Source of the DNA: Candidatus Latescibacterota bacterium
Lineage (GTDB): Bacteria; Latescibacterota; UBA2968; UBA8231
Length of the DNA stretch: 64,000 nucleotides
Assembly: GCA_965221775.1 (NCBI GenBank)
Contig: CBDCSU010000006.1
Coordinates: 1,536,001 to 1,600,000, forward strand
Direction of reading: 5' to 3'
Shown here: positions 21,705 to 31,854 of the stretch, piece by piece
How positions within the stretch are numbered: the first letter of the stretch is position 1
How the letters are laid out: the number at the start of each line of letters is the position of its first letter
Position numbers and translations under genes: made by a program
Notes under the pieces: generated by a model
Told to the model about the DNA's origin: nothing
The model's database searches: none
Seen by the model: the letters and a program-made list of their open reading frames with translations, nothing else

Positions 21705-24656
21705 GTCGAGGCCGTCCCAGAGCGCCCGGTGGTCGCCGGCGGGCACCCAGCCGTCGACCAGCCGCAGAAGACGCTGCCCCGTCATGGAGAACACCTCCAG
21801 GCGCACGGAACCCGTCGTCTCGATCCGGTACGGGATGGTTACCCGGTGGTTGAAGGGGTTCGGCCAGGGCGCCTCGAGCACGGCCGCCGCCGGCAGGGCG
21901 GCCAGGGGGCCGGTCACGGCGGTGCTCGCGTCCCCGGTCCAGGCCCTCACGTAGCCGTCCGTGGTGAGCGCCACGAGGTCGAGGAAGCCGTCGGCGTCGA
22001 CGTCGGCCAGGGCCGGGTCGCTCGGCCGGCCCCCGGTCTCCAAGGTCCAGGGGTTGCGCAGCTCGCCGGCCTCCAGCTCCACCATGGCCAGTCCGGGCGG
22101 CCCGGGGAGGGCCCAGCGGCGTCCGCCCAGCCCGAGGAGGAACTCGTCCCGGCCATCGCCGTCGAGGTCGCCGGAGACCACGTCGGTCGTGGCGGGACCC
22201 AGGTCGATCGCCTGCAGCACGGCGCCGTCCGCAGGCTCCAGCAGTTGCACGCCCTCCGCGGTGGAGGCCAGCAGCTCCAGGTCGCCGTCGCCGTCGGCGT
22301 CACCCGGAACCATGAGCGACTGCACCTGAGTGTTGTTGAGGTACTCCGTCTGCCACCAGACCTCGCCCTCGGCCGAGAGCACGGCGTTCAGGTAGCCGCA
22401 GTGGCCCCAGATCAGCTCCGGGGCCGGGTCCCCGAAGAGGTCGACCAGCGCCGGGAAGGCGTAGCCCACGAAGGCGGGGGCGGCGAACATGGGCGACAGC
22501 CCCTCCCCGTAGGCCTGGCGCACGACCTGGGCGTCGCCGGTGACGCCGTCGACCACGTGCAGCCGGTCCGGCCACATGACCACGATCTCCTCCAAGCCGT
22601 CGCCGTCGACGTCCCCGGCGGCGCTCGGATGGCCTCCGAGGCTGCGGCCGCTGCCGTCGACGGGCAGGGTGTAGCCGTTGCTCTCCCAGACGACGGCGCC
22701 GGTCCCGCCGTCGAGGAGGAAACCGACCTCGCTGCCGATCTTGCCGCGGCGCAGAGTGACGAAGACGTCGTTGCGCCCGGCCTCGCGGAAGTGGCCGGTG
22801 TTCCACCAGGAGAGGCCGCTGAAGTTCCAGATCGGCATGCTGCCGTCGAAGCCGTCGAAGACGGTCTGCCAGAGTACCTCGCCCGCGGCGGTGACCGCCG
22901 CCAGGCTGGCGTTGCCGCTGGGCGCCTCGCGGGCGAAGAGGGTCTCCAGGGAGCCGTCGCCGTCGAGGTCGGAGGCGACCACTCCCCAGTGCCAGGGGGC
23001 GCTGTTCGTCTGGCCGTGGCCCTGCATCTGCCAGCGGACGCGGGCCTCGCCGTCGCCGCGCCGGGGCGCCTCCAGGCAGAGGACCTCCTCGTTGGCCGTC
23101 TGCACCACCACCTCGATGGTACCGTCGCCGTCGAGATCGGCGACCACCGGTGTGCCGGCGGGGGTGAAGCTCTGCCCGCTGAACTGGTGCAGCCGGGCCC
23201 CGGCGCCTTCCACCATGAGCGACTGGCCGGCGGCCCCCCGGCCCTTCCACGAGACCAGCGCGGCGGGGCCCTCCTCGCCGGTGGCCGTGGCCGCCGCCTG
23301 CAGGCGGGCCCCCGCCGGGCCCGCGACCGTCCACAGGTCCCGCACGGCGCCGCCGGCGCCCGCACCCCAGGCGGTCAGGGCCTCTCCCTCCGCGGCGGGG
23401 GTGACGACGAAGAAGTCGGACCGGCCGTCGCCGTCGGCGTCACCGGTGACGGCGGTGCGCAGACCGTCGGAGGCGCTTGTGTTCACCGTCAGGGGCAACT
23501 CGTCGAGGGGCCGGCTGCTGAAGGCGGCGCGGTCGTGCCGCCAGCGCTCCACATGGCCCTTCGAGTGGAGGGTCAGCACCGAGACCGGCGCATAGGGCGG
23601 CAGGGCCTCGCCCTCGGCCTGCGACAGGAACCACTCGGGGCGGCCGTCGGCGTCGATGTCGTGGAGGCCGTGGAGGTAGCGCCCGGGGAAGTCGTGGTCC
23701 GTCTCGCCGCTGAGGGCGTCGACGGCGATCGTGTGCCAGAGGCGGTCGCCGGTGTCGTCGTAGACGCTGTAGACGACCTCCACGGCGCCGTCCCCGTCGG
23801 CGTCGAGGAAGGCCGAAGGCCGGGGGCGCACCACCTTCGTCGTCTGCGAGGGATCGGGCTGGATCTCGCGGATCCAGCGCAGGGTCAGCCCGCTGCCGTC
23901 GTTGTCGATGACCTCGGCGTGCATGCTGAAGTCGGCGACGACGGCGAACTCGGGATAGGGGTCGTCGTCGATGTCGGCGGCGGCGAAGTGGCCGTAGTTG
24001 CGGTAGCCGTGGTAGCGCAGCTCCATCATCGTCTCGCCCGTGGCCCCGTGGAAGACGAGGATGCGGTAGTGGGTGGCCACCGCCAGGTCGAGCTGTCCGT
24101 CGGCATCGGCGTCGACGACGAGGACGTTCGGGGCCCATGTGTTCTCGAAGGGCTCGGTCTCCCACACGACCCGCGGCTCCCCCGTGTCGTAGGCCAGGAG
24201 ACGGCCCCGCTTCGGCTCCGCCCCCCCGTCGGAGAAGGAGTCGCCCATCTCGAAGCGCTGCAGACCGGGAACGCCGGGCAGGATGGCGGCCACCTTGTAG
24301 GCGTTGTACGCGTGCATGGGGACGAGAGCGCCGTCGCCGGCCAAGTCATGGAGCGGCGGACCCAGCCCCCAGGCCGACTGCTCGCGGCCGAGCCAGCCGG
24401 CGTCGAGGCCACCCGGGAAGGGCAATTGCAGGACCGGCGCACCCGCACCGGGGGTCACCGAGGCGTAGCCCTCCCAGGCGGCGATGTCATGGCGCCAGGC
24501 CTCGGCGGGAGGACCGTCCGTCATGCGGCCGGTGCCGGCGGCGCGGCCGCTCATGTGCCGGTCGCCGCGCAGCTGCAGCCAGCCGGACTCCTCGGCGGCG
24601 GCCGGAGCGGCGGCGGCCGCCGCCAGCAGGAGGAGCAAGGTCGAGATCGCCGTCAT
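21612..24656 (-). CDS. Secreted FG-GAP/VCBS repeat protein with C-terminal FlgD-Ig-like (secretion sorting-type) domain
   Basis: Signal peptide; many DxDGDG..E/D repeats; PNPFN...WDGLD..GRPVASGAY...KVALLK tail. Confidence 0.9.
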   Translation of the reverse strand: MTAISTLLLLLAAAAAAPAAAEESGWLQLRGDRHMSGRAAGTGRMTDGPPAEAWRHDIAAWEGYASVTPGAGAPVLQLPFPGGLDAGWLGREQSAWGLGPPLHDLAGDGALVPMHAYNAYKVAAILPGVPGLQRFEMGDSFSDGGAEPKRGRLLAYDTGEPRVVWETEPFENTWAPNVLVVDADADGQLDLAVATHYRILVFHGATGETMMELRYHGYRNYGHFAAADIDDDPYPEFAVVADFSMHAEVIDNDGSGLTLRWIREIQPDPSQTTKVVRPRPSAFLDADGDGAVEVVYSVYDDTGDRLWHTIAVDALSGETDHDFPGRYLHGLHDIDADGRPEWFLSQAEGEALPPYAPVSVLTLHSKGHVERWRHDRAAFSSRPLDELPLTVNTSASDGLRTAVTGDADGDGRSDFFVVTPAAEGEALTAWGAGAGGAVRDLWTVAGPAGARLQAAATATGEEGPAALVSWKGRGAAGQSLMVEGAGARLHQFSGQSFTPAGTPVVADLDGDGTIEVVVQTANEEVLCLEAPRRGDGEARVRWQMQGHGQTNSAPWHWGVVASDLDGDGSLETLFAREAPSGNASLAAVTAAGEVLWQTVFDGFDGSMPIWNFSGLSWWNTGHFREAGRNDVFVTLRRGKIGSEVGFLLDGGTGAVVWESNGYTLPVDGSGRSLGGHPSAAGDVDGDGLEEIVVMWPDRLHVVDGVTGDAQVVRQAYGEGLSPMFAAPAFVGYAFPALVDLFGDPAPELIWGHCGYLNAVLSAEGEVWWQTEYLNNTQVQSLMVPGDADGDGDLELLASTAEGVQLLEPADGAVLQAIDLGPATTDVVSGDLDGDGRDEFLLGLGGRRWALPGPPGLAMVELEAGELRNPWTLETGGRPSDPALADVDADGFLDLVALTTDGYVRAWTGDASTAVTGPLAALPAAAVLEAPWPNPFNHRVTIPYRIETTGSVRLEVFSMTGQRLLRLVDGWVPAGDHRALWDGLDARGRPVASGAYVVRLRSGDVVDQRKVALLK

Positions 24657-24720
24657 GGCTCGATCCCCTGGGCTCGAGTGAGGCGCGCACCAGGCGGTGG
24701 CCCATCCGCGCCGGCCGGCC

Positions 24721-24937
24721 GCGGCGCGGGCCACATGGGACGGGGGCGCCGCGGTGTCGAGACTGTGGGCGGCGGCGACCATCAGCCGCTGCGCAACGGC
24801 TTCCCCAGGCTACCCCGGCCGCCGCGCGGGCCACATCGGGACGGCGGAGCCGCGGTGTCGAGACTGTGGCCGGCGCCGACCCGGAGCCGCTGTACCACGC
24901 CTCCCAAGCTACCCCGGCCGACGGCGGCGAGCCACAC
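24721..24937. repeat. Intergenic tandem repeat, about 100-bp period, two copies plus a partial third
   Basis: gcgcgggccacat..ccgcggtgtcgagactgtgg..agccgctg..gctaccccggccg at 24721-24820 and 24821-24920. Confidence 0.85.
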
Positions 24938-24986
24938 CGCTCGCCGCCGTTGTCGCCCTCCGGGGCCGCGGCTACACTCTGCCGGC

Positions 24987-26342
24987 ATGCGCTTCCCCGA
25001 CATCGGCCTGAGCGTGCCCCGCGTACTGCTGCCGCGCCCGGAGGTGGATCTCGAGGAGTGGGCGGTCATCGCCTGCGACCAGCACACCTCGAACCCCGAG
25101 TACTGGGAGGAGGCCGCCCGCCTCGTTGGGGACCGGCCCTCCACCCTGCACCTGGTCTTCCCCGAGGCCTTCCTGGAGTCACCCGGCCGCGGGGCCCGCA
25201 TCCGCCGCATCCACGGGCAGATGGAGAGCTACCTCCGGGACGGGGTGCTGCAGCCCCTGGAGCCCGGCTTCGTGCTGGTGGACCGGCGCACGCCGCACGC
25301 CGCCTCCCGCAAGGGCCTGATCGCGGCCCTCGACCTGGAGCGGTACAGCTTCGCGCCGGACGCCTCGACCCTGATCCGCACGACGGAAGGGACCGACCCC
25401 GGGCGCTTGCCGCCGCGGGTGGAGGTCCGCCAAGGGGCGGCCCTGGAGGTGCCCCACATCCTGGTCCTCATCGATGATCCGCAGGGCACCGTGATCGAGC
25501 CCCTCTTCGAGAGGGCGCTGCCCCTGCTCTACGACACGGATCTGATGCTGGGCGGCGGCCGCGTGCGCGGCTGGCACGTGACAGCGGAGGATGCGATCCG
25601 CCAGGCCGCCGAAGCCCTCACCCGGCTGGCGGCGCCGGAGGCGGTGTCCGAGCGCTACGGCCTCGAAGCGGGCGCCCCGGCGCTCTACGCCATGGGCGAC
25701 GGCAACCACTCCTTCGCCGCCGCGCGGGAGGTGTGGAACGGGGTCAAGGCCGAGGCCGGCGGTCTCGACGCGGCGGCCGGCCACCCGTCGCGGCACGCCC
25801 TCGTGGAGCTGGTCAACCTGCACGACCCCGGGCTGCGCTTCGAGCCGATTCACCGGGTGCTCTTCGGCGTCGACGGCGGCGAGATGGTGCGGGAGATGGA
25901 GGCACTCTTCCGCGACCAGGGCTCGGGTGTGCGGACCGATGTCTTCGACTCCCCCGCCCCCTGGCGCCGGGGCCGGGAGGACCTCGCTGCCCGCGGCCTG
26001 CATCACCTGCCCTTCGTCGCCGGACGCGAGGACGGCCCTCCCCGCTGGGGGATCGTCGTGGTCCACGACCCCCGGCATGACCTCGAGGCCGCTTCCCTGG
26101 ACGCCTTCCTCACCGACCTCGGCGCCCGGCGCGGCCTGCGCCTCGACTACATCCACGGCGAGGAGGAGGTCACCGAGTTGGGAACGCGCGCCGGCAACGC
26201 GGGGCTCCTCTCCCGGGCCCTCGACAAGCACGCCCTGTTCCGCACGGTGCTGCGCGACGGCCCGCTGCCGCGCAAGAGCTTCTCCCTCGGCGAGGCGGAG
26301 GAGAAGCGCTACTACATGGAATGCCGGCGCCTGATCCCCTGA
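24987..26342 (+). CDS. DUF1015 family protein
   Basis: WAVIACDQHTS, PSTLHL, IRTTEGT, YAMGDGNHS, FEPIHR, LPRKSFSLG. Confidence 0.85.
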   Translation: MRFPDIGLSVPRVLLPRPEVDLEEWAVIACDQHTSNPEYWEEAARLVGDRPSTLHLVFPEAFLESPGRGARIRRIHGQMESYLRDGVLQPLEPGFVLVDRRTPHAASRKGLIAALDLERYSFAPDASTLIRTTEGTDPGRLPPRVEVRQGAALEVPHILVLIDDPQGTVIEPLFERALPLLYDTDLMLGGGRVRGWHVTAEDAIRQAAEALTRLAAPEAVSERYGLEAGAPALYAMGDGNHSFAAAREVWNGVKAEAGGLDAAAGHPSRHALVELVNLHDPGLRFEPIHRVLFGVDGGEMVREMEALFRDQGSGVRTDVFDSPAPWRRGREDLAARGLHHLPFVAGREDGPPRWGIVVVHDPRHDLEAASLDAFLTDLGARRGLRLDYIHGEEEVTELGTRAGNAGLLSRALDKHALFRTVLRDGPLPRKSFSLGEAEEKRYYMECRRLIP

Positions 26343-26429
26343 CGGCGGCGATTGACAGGAGGGACCCCGAAGCGTCGCTTATCCCCCGGCAGCATGAAGC
26401 CGCACGGCCCCGCGGCAAGGAGGTGTCCC

Positions 26430-27212
26430 ATGCTCCGCAAGTCCCTGCCTTCCATCCTGTTCCTCGCCCTCTGCGTCCCTCCCCTTGCCGCCGCCGAGGA
26501 CAGCCTCGTCGGCACCTGGGAGGCGAGCGGCGAGGTCGACGGAGTTTCTATCACCACGCGCCTGGTCTTCCTGGACGACGGAAACTTCGAAGTCAGCAGC
26601 GTCAGCCGGACCGAAGATGGATACTGGAGACTGCCGGAGGTGGTCTTCGAGGAAGACGACGACCTCACCGCTGCGGAAGCCGATGCCCTGAACCAACTCT
26701 TCCGGGAGGCTTGGCCCGAGACCCCTCTGGAGGCCAGCACGCTCCTCGGCTCCGGTACCTACACGACCTCCGGCGACAGCCTCCGGCTGGAGTGGATCTC
26801 GGCCGACCTCAGGCTCGACGACAGGGATTTCACCGATTTCATGGTCTCGCACTGGATCCAGTTCGGTCTCACCTGGGAGGCGGCGATCCGGGCCTTCGAG
26901 GGACGCGACTTCCCCGAAGAGGACCGTCGGGCCCTCGAGGAGGAACTGAGGGTCCTCTACCAGGACATCCTGACCGCGGAGGTGATCCTCGACGCCCTGA
27001 ACGAATCCCCGCCAAGAGCCTTCGAGCTTCGCGATGGCGGCGAGGTTCTGGTTCTTCACTACCCCGAGATCCCCGTGGACGCCCTGCTGTTCCAGCAGGC
27101 GGAGCCGCGCGTCAGACCGCAGGCCAAACCGCTGACCTACCGCCGCGTCGACGTCGCCAGCGCGGTCTCGCCCGCCACCTGGGGCGGCGTTAAGTCCACC
27201 CTGGCGCCGTGA
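26430..27212 (+). CDS. Secreted hypothetical protein with C-terminal TWGxxK motif
   Basis: AAGGAGG RBS, signal peptide, LVGTW start of mature domain, ends AVSPATWGGVKS. Confidence 0.8.
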   Translation: MLRKSLPSILFLALCVPPLAAAEDSLVGTWEASGEVDGVSITTRLVFLDDGNFEVSSVSRTEDGYWRLPEVVFEEDDDLTAAEADALNQLFREAWPETPLEASTLLGSGTYTTSGDSLRLEWISADLRLDDRDFTDFMVSHWIQFGLTWEAAIRAFEGRDFPEEDRRALEEELRVLYQDILTAEVILDALNESPPRAFELRDGGEVLVLHYPEIPVDALLFQQAEPRVRPQAKPLTYRRVDVASAVSPATWGGVKSTLAP

Positions 27213-27282
27213 ACCCGCGCCGGGGCGGCACCACCTCTCCCCCCACGACATCGAGGACAGCCGAGTAGACGCCTGAGGCTGT

Positions 27283-27434
27283 CCCGCCCGCCGTCTGCAG
27301 CACCGCCAGCCGACCCGCCTCGGCACCGCAAGCGACCGAGTCCCTTCGAGGAATCCTACTCGAGGCCCGCCCGCCGTCTGCAGCACCGCCAGCCGTCCGT
27401 CTCGGCAGCGCAAGCGACCGAGTCCCCCCTTCGA
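27283..27434. repeat. Two-copy REP-like tandem repeat (about 83-bp period) with CTCGG..CGCAAGCG..CCGAG hairpin
   Basis: cccgcccgccgtctgcagcaccgccagccg...ctcggca(c/g)cgcaagcgaccgagtccc...ttcga occurs twice. Confidence 0.85.
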
Positions 27435-27687
27435 TGAAACCTGCTCGCGGCCCGGCCGCCGCATGGCGGACCGGAGCCGTCCCGACGCGGGAGGCGCCTG
27501 CCTCGAAGCTCTCTTCTTGCGCCTGAGGCAGCCGGTCCGCCCTCCGCCGCGAGACCCGCCCCCGACGGACCCGCAAGAGCTTCCCCCCGGAAGCGCCCCC
27601 CGCCTCCTTCCTGAGGGACCGGGCGGCCGTGGTCGGCGCCTTCCGCGCGCAATAGATTGACCGCGCCATGATGCCGAAGCCGACGAC

Positions 27688-28497
27688 ATGACGCCCTCCC
27701 AGTCCGTCGTCCTCGGCCTCGTCCAGGGTCTCACCGAGACTCTGCCCGTCTCGTCCACGGCCCACCTGCGCATCGTCCCCCACTACCTCGGGTGGGGCGA
27801 TCCCGGGCTCGCCTTCTCCGCCGCCATCCACCTCGGCACCCTGGCGGCGGTCCTCGCCTTCTTCGCCGCGGACATCCGCCGCCTCGCCGGGGCCGCGGTC
27901 GAGGGGCTCCGCCGGCGGGACCTGCGCCACTCCCCGGAGTGCCTCACCGCCTGGGCGATCGTGCCGGCCACGGTGCCCGCCGTCGTCTGCGGCCTGGGGC
28001 TGAAGGGCTTCATCGCCGGCGACGCCCGCGCCCTGCCGGTCATCGCCTGGGCGCTGATCCTGCTGGCTCCCTGCCTGCTGCTGGCCGAGCGCCTCGGGCG
28101 CCGGGACCGCGACCTGACGGAGCTCTCCTTCTGGCGCATCCAGGTGATCGGGCTGTTCCAGGCCCTGGCCCTGATCCCGGGGGTGTCGCGGTCGGGCTCG
28201 ACGATCCTGGCGGGTCTGCTCGTCGGCCTGCGCCGCGAGCAGGCGGCGCGGTTCGCCTTCCTCCTCGGGCTGCCCGCCATCACCGGCGCCGGCCTGCTGG
28301 AGCTGATGGAGCTTCTCGGCGCCGGCCCGGGAGGCGAGCAGGTTCTCAGCCTGGTCATCGGCATCGCCGCCGCCGCGGTGAGCGGCTACGCCGCCATCGG
28401 CCTGCTGCTGCGACTTCTCGAACGCTTCGGCACCCCTCCCTTCGCCGCCTACCGCGTCGGGCTGGGTGCCTTCATCCTCTTGACCCAGCGCGCCTGA
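27688..28497 (+). CDS. uppP: Undecaprenyl-diphosphate phosphatase
   Basis: QGLTETLPVSSTAH, IHLGT, ALIPGVSRSG.T, FAFLLGLP. Confidence 0.95.
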   Translation: MTPSQSVVLGLVQGLTETLPVSSTAHLRIVPHYLGWGDPGLAFSAAIHLGTLAAVLAFFAADIRRLAGAAVEGLRRRDLRHSPECLTAWAIVPATVPAVVCGLGLKGFIAGDARALPVIAWALILLAPCLLLAERLGRRDRDLTELSFWRIQVIGLFQALALIPGVSRSGSTILAGLLVGLRREQAARFAFLLGLPAITGAGLLELMELLGAGPGGEQVLSLVIGIAAAAVSGYAAIGLLLRLLERFGTPPFAAYRVGLGAFILLTQRA

Positions 28498-28516
28498 GGC
28501 GCCCAAGGAAGACCGC

Positions 28517-29296
28517 ATGTACCCCAACCCGATCAAGCAGAAGCTCGACGACGGGCAGGTCGTCTTCGGCACCGGCCTGCCCGCCTTCACCCCCCACTTC
28601 GCCGGCCCCACCCTCGACACGGGAATCGACTTCCTGTGGATCGACACCGAGCACATGCCGTACGGGGTAGAGTCCCTCGACGTCATCCCCGTCCTCGCCC
28701 GGCAGCGGGGGGTGGCGCCCCTGATCCGGGTGGCCAACAACGACCCGGGCCTGATCAAGAAGGCCTACGACGCGGGGGCGGTGCTGGTCATGATCCCCCA
28801 GGTCAACTCGGCCGAAGAGGCGGCGCGGGCCGTCGACGCGGCCCACTACCCGCCCGAGGGCAACCGCGGCCTGTCGCCCATGTGGACGAGGATCGCCGGC
28901 CAGGACTGGGACCACGTCCTGGCCACGGCCAACGACGAGACCCTGCTGGTCTGCCAGCTCGAGAGCCTGCAGGCCTGGGAGAGCCTGGACGAGATCGCCG
29001 CCGTGCCCGGCATCGACGTCATCCTGGTGGGACCCCTGGACCTGTCGGCGTCCCTGGGGGTGATGGGGCAGACGGGCTCCAAGGAGGTGCAGAGCATCAT
29101 GGAGGCGGTGCCCCGGCGGCTGGAGGGGACGGGCATCGTCACGGGCACGACCCTGGCCGAGCCCGGCGACATCCGCCAGAAGATCGACTGGGGCTACCGC
29201 TTCCTGAACGTGGGCACCCCCCTCTCCTACGGGGTGCAGGTGGTGACGTCGCACGTGGCCTCCCTGCGCGAGTACGCCGACCGACGCGGCAAGTGA
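28517..29296 (+). CDS. HpcH/HpaI aldolase family protein
   Basis: DFLWIDTEH, HYPPEGNRG, QLES, GPLDLSASLG. Confidence 0.92.
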   Translation: MYPNPIKQKLDDGQVVFGTGLPAFTPHFAGPTLDTGIDFLWIDTEHMPYGVESLDVIPVLARQRGVAPLIRVANNDPGLIKKAYDAGAVLVMIPQVNSAEEAARAVDAAHYPPEGNRGLSPMWTRIAGQDWDHVLATANDETLLVCQLESLQAWESLDEIAAVPGIDVILVGPLDLSASLGVMGQTGSKEVQSIMEAVPRRLEGTGIVTGTTLAEPGDIRQKIDWGYRFLNVGTPLSYGVQVVTSHVASLREYADRRGK

Positions 29297-31854
29297 CCGC
29301 CGCCCTCCCGCCCGTCGCCGACCGCCTGCGGCGCGGACTGTTCGTCGTCACCGCCGAGCAGACGCACCCGGCGCAGGCGCCGCGCTATGCGCGGCTCATC
29401 GAGCGCGGCGCCGTCGACGCCGTCACCCTGCCCGACATCCCGCTGGTGGGCCGCCTCGGCGACGCGGTGCGCCTCTTCGGGCGCCGGGAGCGGCCGAAGG
29501 GCCTCTTCGACGTTCTGGGGGAGACCCGCGAGCCGGTGGTGACGATCGCCGCCGGGACCCGCACACGGAGCACGGTGGAGGCCCGCATCCTGCGGGCCGT
29601 GAGCGGCGGCGCCCGGGGGCTGCTGGTGCTCTCGGGGGGAGACCTGGTGCGGCGCGGGATGGGGGCGGTCCCCGGCGGCGCCTCGCTGCTGCCGATGGAC
29701 GCCTTCCGGACCCTGGAGCTGACACGCCGCCTGCGCGAGTCCGGCCAGCTGCCGGAGGGACTGCCCGTGTGGGCCGTGGAGAACCCCCTCGTGGGGCGGG
29801 TCGAGGCGCGGGTCGACCGCCTGGCCCGCAAGATCGACGCCGGCGCCGAGGCGGTCCTGCTGCAGCCGCCGCTGCTGTGGGAGCGCCACGAGGCCTGGTG
29901 GGATCGCGCCCACGCCCGCGGGCTCACCTCGACCCCGCTGGTGGTCGGCGTTCCCGTGATCGGCTCGGCGGCGATGCTCCGGTTCTGGTTCTTCCTCATC
30001 GGCTGCGGGGCCCGCTCCGCGGAGGCGCGCGCCCTGCTGCGCGACTACCGCGCCGCCGAGGGCGACCTCGACGAAGAGGAGTTCACCGCCTTCAAGCGCC
30101 AGTGGTCCGCCGATCTGATCGGCCGCATCCGCCGGCTGCCCGGGGCCGCCGGCATCCACCTGATGCCGATCAGCGGCACCGCGGACCTGCTGCCGGTGCT
30201 GTCGGCGGCGGGCCTGGCGCCGAGCGAGCGGGCGCGGTCGGACGTGGACCGGCTGAGCGCCGACCTCCAGGAGCGCGGCGTCTCCGTGGTCCACGAGCCG
30301 GGCCTGCGCGACGACGGCTACGCGCGCTCCTTCCGCGGCGCCCTGCGCAGCCTCGAGCGCGTCGTCGAGACCGAGGCCGGCGATCCCGCCTTCCGCACCT
30401 ACTGGAACCGCATCACCTACGCCCAGCACTTCCGCGTGCCCATCGCCTACCGGCCCTTCGTCGGCCCGGGGGGAGAGCCGGAAGAGACGTGGGAGCTGGC
30501 CCTCGACGTGCGCCAGCTCGACACCGGACCGGCCCTCGAAGAGGCGGTGCGCGCCGCCCTGCGCCGCCGCGAGGCCGGCTCCACCGAGAGCGAGGGCGGC
30601 GCCGTCATCGGCGGCTGGGTGCCCTACAGCCGGAGCCCGGTGTGGCAGTTCAACGAGACCTTCTGGCGGCACATGCGGGCCTACGTCGGCACCCACGGCC
30701 GCGACTATCGCGACAGCATCAGCGGCTCGCCGGACTCCGTCGTGGAGCTGGTGCGCGCCAACGCCCGGCGGTTCCTGGAGCAGGTCGTCGAGGCGCGCCA
30801 GGAAGACCCGGCCGCCGAGCTGGCCTGCGTCGAGTTCGGCGTCTCCAGCGTCGACTACGCGCGGGAGTTCATCGACACGGTGACCCGCTTCGCCCAGGCC
30901 GGGAGACTGGACCCGGGGCCGCTCTGCTACGTGCTGGCCGACGCCGCGCCGGCGTCGCTGGAGGCGGCGCGGGAGGAGCTGGGCGAGCGGCGCCGGGGGT
31001 TCCGCCTGGACTACGTGCAGACCAACCTCGAGGCGCCGGTGCAGCTGGAATCCTACCGGGGGCGGATCCTGCGCGTGCACATCACCTCCGTCGTCAACAA
31101 CCTTCCCAACGACAAGCTGGCCCAGATCGACGGCGAGTGCTTCGCCATCGAGACCCGCCTCTACCTGCCCGGCCCGCAGCTCGACTCCCTCTCGGAGCAG
31201 TACGGTCTCGACGCGGAGCGGCTGCGTGACGACCTGGAGGCGATCGCGGGATCCGGCGTCTCCGCCTTCCTCGACCTGTACCGCGGACGCTTCCGGGAGA
31301 GCCTGGGAGAGAAGGAGGGGGACTACCGGTTCTACCACTTCTGGCAGGACCTCTACGGCAACCCGGAGGACCGCGGCACGGGCCTGAAGCTGGAGGAGCG
31401 CTACGTGCGCATCCCCGACCTGGGCCGGTTCTCCTTCCTCGACCCGGACCGCCTCGCCGGCCTGCCGCTGGACCCGGCGGCGATCCTGCGGGAGGTCCTC
31501 GACGAGTACCCCCCCAACGTCTGGATGCACCTCTCCAACCGCTCGATCGAGGGCTGCCTGCTGCTCATCGACCTCCTGCACCCGCGGGGGGCGCTGGAGC
31601 TGATCGACCTCATCGTGCGCGTCATCGCCGACTACCACGAGGTCCCCCGGCGCCGCAACCGCCGGGGCCGCAGCCTCTACCGCATGGGCTTCAAGGGGCC
31701 GGCCAAGTTCGACGGCTCCGCCGTGGACTGGTTCAACGGCCGCCTCTTCGAGGCCGCGGCGCGCCGGGCCTTCCCCGGCTGCCGCGTGAGCTGGTCCAGC
31801 CTCGAGGAGTACGGGCGGCCCCACATGTCGCTCATGGAGGTCCGGCGCTCTTGA
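29293..31854 (+). CDS. Fusion of a methylenetetrahydrofolate reductase-like domain and a SAM-dependent methyltransferase-like domain
   Basis: N-terminal MetF-like motifs LLVLSGGD, LARKIDAGAE..LLQP, GIHLM; C-terminal EFGVS, YVLAD, NNLPND; GTG start overlaps aldolase stop. Confidence 0.7.
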   Translation: MTAALPPVADRLRRGLFVVTAEQTHPAQAPRYARLIERGAVDAVTLPDIPLVGRLGDAVRLFGRRERPKGLFDVLGETREPVVTIAAGTRTRSTVEARILRAVSGGARGLLVLSGGDLVRRGMGAVPGGASLLPMDAFRTLELTRRLRESGQLPEGLPVWAVENPLVGRVEARVDRLARKIDAGAEAVLLQPPLLWERHEAWWDRAHARGLTSTPLVVGVPVIGSAAMLRFWFFLIGCGARSAEARALLRDYRAAEGDLDEEEFTAFKRQWSADLIGRIRRLPGAAGIHLMPISGTADLLPVLSAAGLAPSERARSDVDRLSADLQERGVSVVHEPGLRDDGYARSFRGALRSLERVVETEAGDPAFRTYWNRITYAQHFRVPIAYRPFVGPGGEPEETWELALDVRQLDTGPALEEAVRAALRRREAGSTESEGGAVIGGWVPYSRSPVWQFNETFWRHMRAYVGTHGRDYRDSISGSPDSVVELVRANARRFLEQVVEARQEDPAAELACVEFGVSSVDYAREFIDTVTRFAQAGRLDPGPLCYVLADAAPASLEAAREELGERRRGFRLDYVQTNLEAPVQLESYRGRILRVHITSVVNNLPNDKLAQIDGECFAIETRLYLPGPQLDSLSEQYGLDAERLRDDLEAIAGSGVSAFLDLYRGRFRESLGEKEGDYRFYHFWQDLYGNPEDRGTGLKLEERYVRIPDLGRFSFLDPDRLAGLPLDPAAILREVLDEYPPNVWMHLSNRSIEGCLLLIDLLHPRGALELIDLIVRVIADYHEVPRRRNRRGRSLYRMGFKGPAKFDGSAVDWFNGRLFEAAARRAFPGCRVSWSSLEEYGRPHMSLMEVRRS

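Noticed and set aside
21729-24986. N-terminal 1086 aa of the 1537-aa ORF 21729-26342
   Set aside because: Antisense to the FG-GAP gene; only the part from the ATG at 24987 is the DUF1015 protein
24721-27434. Mini-CRISPR interpretation of the short tandem repeats
   Set aside because: Only two units each, and the intervening sequences are homologous rather than unique spacers
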